A DNA stretch of 64,000 bases from Tubulanus polymorphus (taxonomy: Eukaryota; Animalia; Nemertea): positions 16,715,101 to 16,779,100 of the forward strand of contig NC_134025.1 in assembly GCF_964204645.1 (NCBI RefSeq), in the 5' to 3' direction. The position numbers and the translations under genes were made by a program. The notes beneath the pieces are model-generated. The model did no database searches. It saw only the letters and a list, made by a program, of their open reading frames with translations, and was not told the origin of the DNA. Positions within the stretch are counted from its first letter, which is position 1. Each line of letters begins with the position of its first letter. Shown here one piece after another: positions 62,090 through 64,000 of this stretch.

Positions 62090-63420
62090 TAAGCTTGGAC
62101 ATTTTAACTAACTTGTACAACAAATTCTATGGTCACACCAAAATAAACATTGAACCATGCTCTTTATTTTCTTGATTTGAAGTGAAGATAGGCTGAATGA
62201 AACATATGTGATTAGATCAAAATCGACCTGCTTCTCAAATTTTTGAAAACGCACAACAGTTCGATTGCCAACATGTTGTTAACGAACAGTGAGTCCATTG
62301 AGACTTGAATTGTATTAACTTCAACTTTTTTTTAAATGTGCAGTCTGAGGGAAATGCAATGTCTGTCTGATTTATCACTACTGCACGTGCTGGTACCACT
62401 AGGTTGTTTCAGATAGGAAATGCGTTTACTCCGGTGGAGTATCGGTTTTGAAGCTATTCCGAGGAAAGCGGTGTTTGCTGTAGTATAGATGAATAGAAAC
62501 CTAAAGACAAATCTGAAACAATAGAAATGTACCAATTTAGTTTCTGCCTAATCAAAACACAAATAAAAAGTATTCAATACACTGTCAGGGCTTGTCAAGT
62601 TAGGATATCTATAAGCCGGCCATGGAAAACCCCATGATCTAGTTACCATTTGCGCTGGTTGCGAAAAGTCAAGACCTAAGAAAAATTTGGGCACAAGCTC
62701 CTGGCCAAGCCATTTTTATTCACCCCCCCCCAACCCCATGCAAATCTACGACAACTGTCGCAATAACTTGCCCCCGTCCCATATTGAAATGACAAATACT
62801 GAAAAAAAAACTCACCTAAGCAGGAATCTTGAAGCAGAGAATGAGAACAATGAATCTAAAAAAATGGAAATATTTTACTAATCTTATGGTTACAAAGGCC
62901 CATAAGCGGCTGAAAGCAGATCTTCTCCCCAGCCGAAATAAATTGAAATGAAATTTGAATTTGATAATTAATAATTATTAGAAGGGCACACGTATGCGGT
63001 TGAAAATAAATCACATGCAACTAAAAATTTAGCTGCAAATCTTGATATTGATGCAATGTAGCTCCGTCAGGAGTCAGAATTCCATCAACATTAGACCCAG
63101 CATTGCCATATTTAACTGGATTCTTACACATTAGATAATTCCATCATATTCAGCAAAAAATATGAACTTCACTTACCCAAGACGTCAAAATGGCGGGTAT
63201 CCCTTGTGCAATTTCTTGTTTAGCTAAATTGGTTATTTGGGGAATACCCCAGCTGCTGACGGTATTCCCTGATATTCCCTCAACAACCAATCAGAGCGCA
63301 GCTTTCTCACAATAACGTCACAAACGTGATCACGCATGCCGCGGCCTACCCGGTTGAAGAACAGTGATTAGCTGAAAGAGCCCACGTGATCTCCACAGAA
63401 TGAAGGTATTCATTTTCCGG
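62090..63420 (+). repeat. Uninterrupted paralog of the repeat fragmented across 37350-56430
   Basis: Matches in order 37350-37700/44190-44669, then 51016-51363, 52217-52252, 55790-55850 and 56186-56430. Confidence 0.75.
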
Positions 63421-64000
63421 ATGGAATTCGCGAAAGAAATACCGAACTTTTGAGATCGGTATTGTCTTACATCGTTATATAAAATGTTACACACGGGGAC
63501 TGGGAATCAGAATGATTTTATTGTAGACCCGGACCAAGTTAGTGCAAGCTTTTGGAGAGTTGTTATTTGAATATTGCAGTGTCTTAAGAGGATCTATCAT
63601 CATGTTGATAATTGCTAGATTACTTATCGGATTGTGTGGAAATGATTCTAAATAGAAAAATTAACAGCTGAAAGAAGTGACTAACTCGAGTGACTTCAGG
63701 TGAAGAGAAGCAAACACGAAAATAGATAAGAGCCACGATTCCTCTTTTTAAAATAATTAAGCAAGATTAAGTTACATTTCCTTCAAATGACAATCCACTA
63801 CGATCATCCGATAAAGTTTATTGCCACCATAGGCTACCGCCCCCTGGCTCTTTGAAGAGACAGGGAACCAGTCTACAATTCAATTCAGAATTTATTTTAC
63901 AGAAAAGTGGTTTTAAGTTTTATTAGATATTAAAACTGAAAAATATAAATGTTAATACAGAGATTTTTCAAATGGCCACTAACGCAAGCACCCAATGAAA

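Overview
AT-rich animal (probably marine invertebrate) nuclear DNA made up almost entirely of nested transposable elements. No intact host gene is recognisable. From left to right: a 31-bp palindromic tandem array; a LINE RT relic; a decayed Polinton/adintovirus-type protein-primed PolB split by a Penelope retroelement; and a Sola-like DNA transposon (5400-23107, TSD ATTT). The Sola element holds a CCC-ended EnSpm/CACTA element (5887-21769, TSD AA), which in turn holds a BEL/Pao LTR element, a second Penelope and Harbinger-type MITEs. Further right are MITEs, Helentron/HINE-like elements, a second BEL/Pao element (38065-44016, TSD ATCCA) and two more CCC-ended EnSpm-like elements (44670-51015, 52268-55580). 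An uninterrupted paralog at about 62090-63420 confirms two of these insertion boundaries. Most notable: two unrelated Penelope insertions share one architecture (TSD, 32-35 nt tail, inverted pLTR, inversion junction at the hammerhead ribozyme). I found no evidence for a wholly new biological system. Family assignments come from motif recognition by eye, not database searches.
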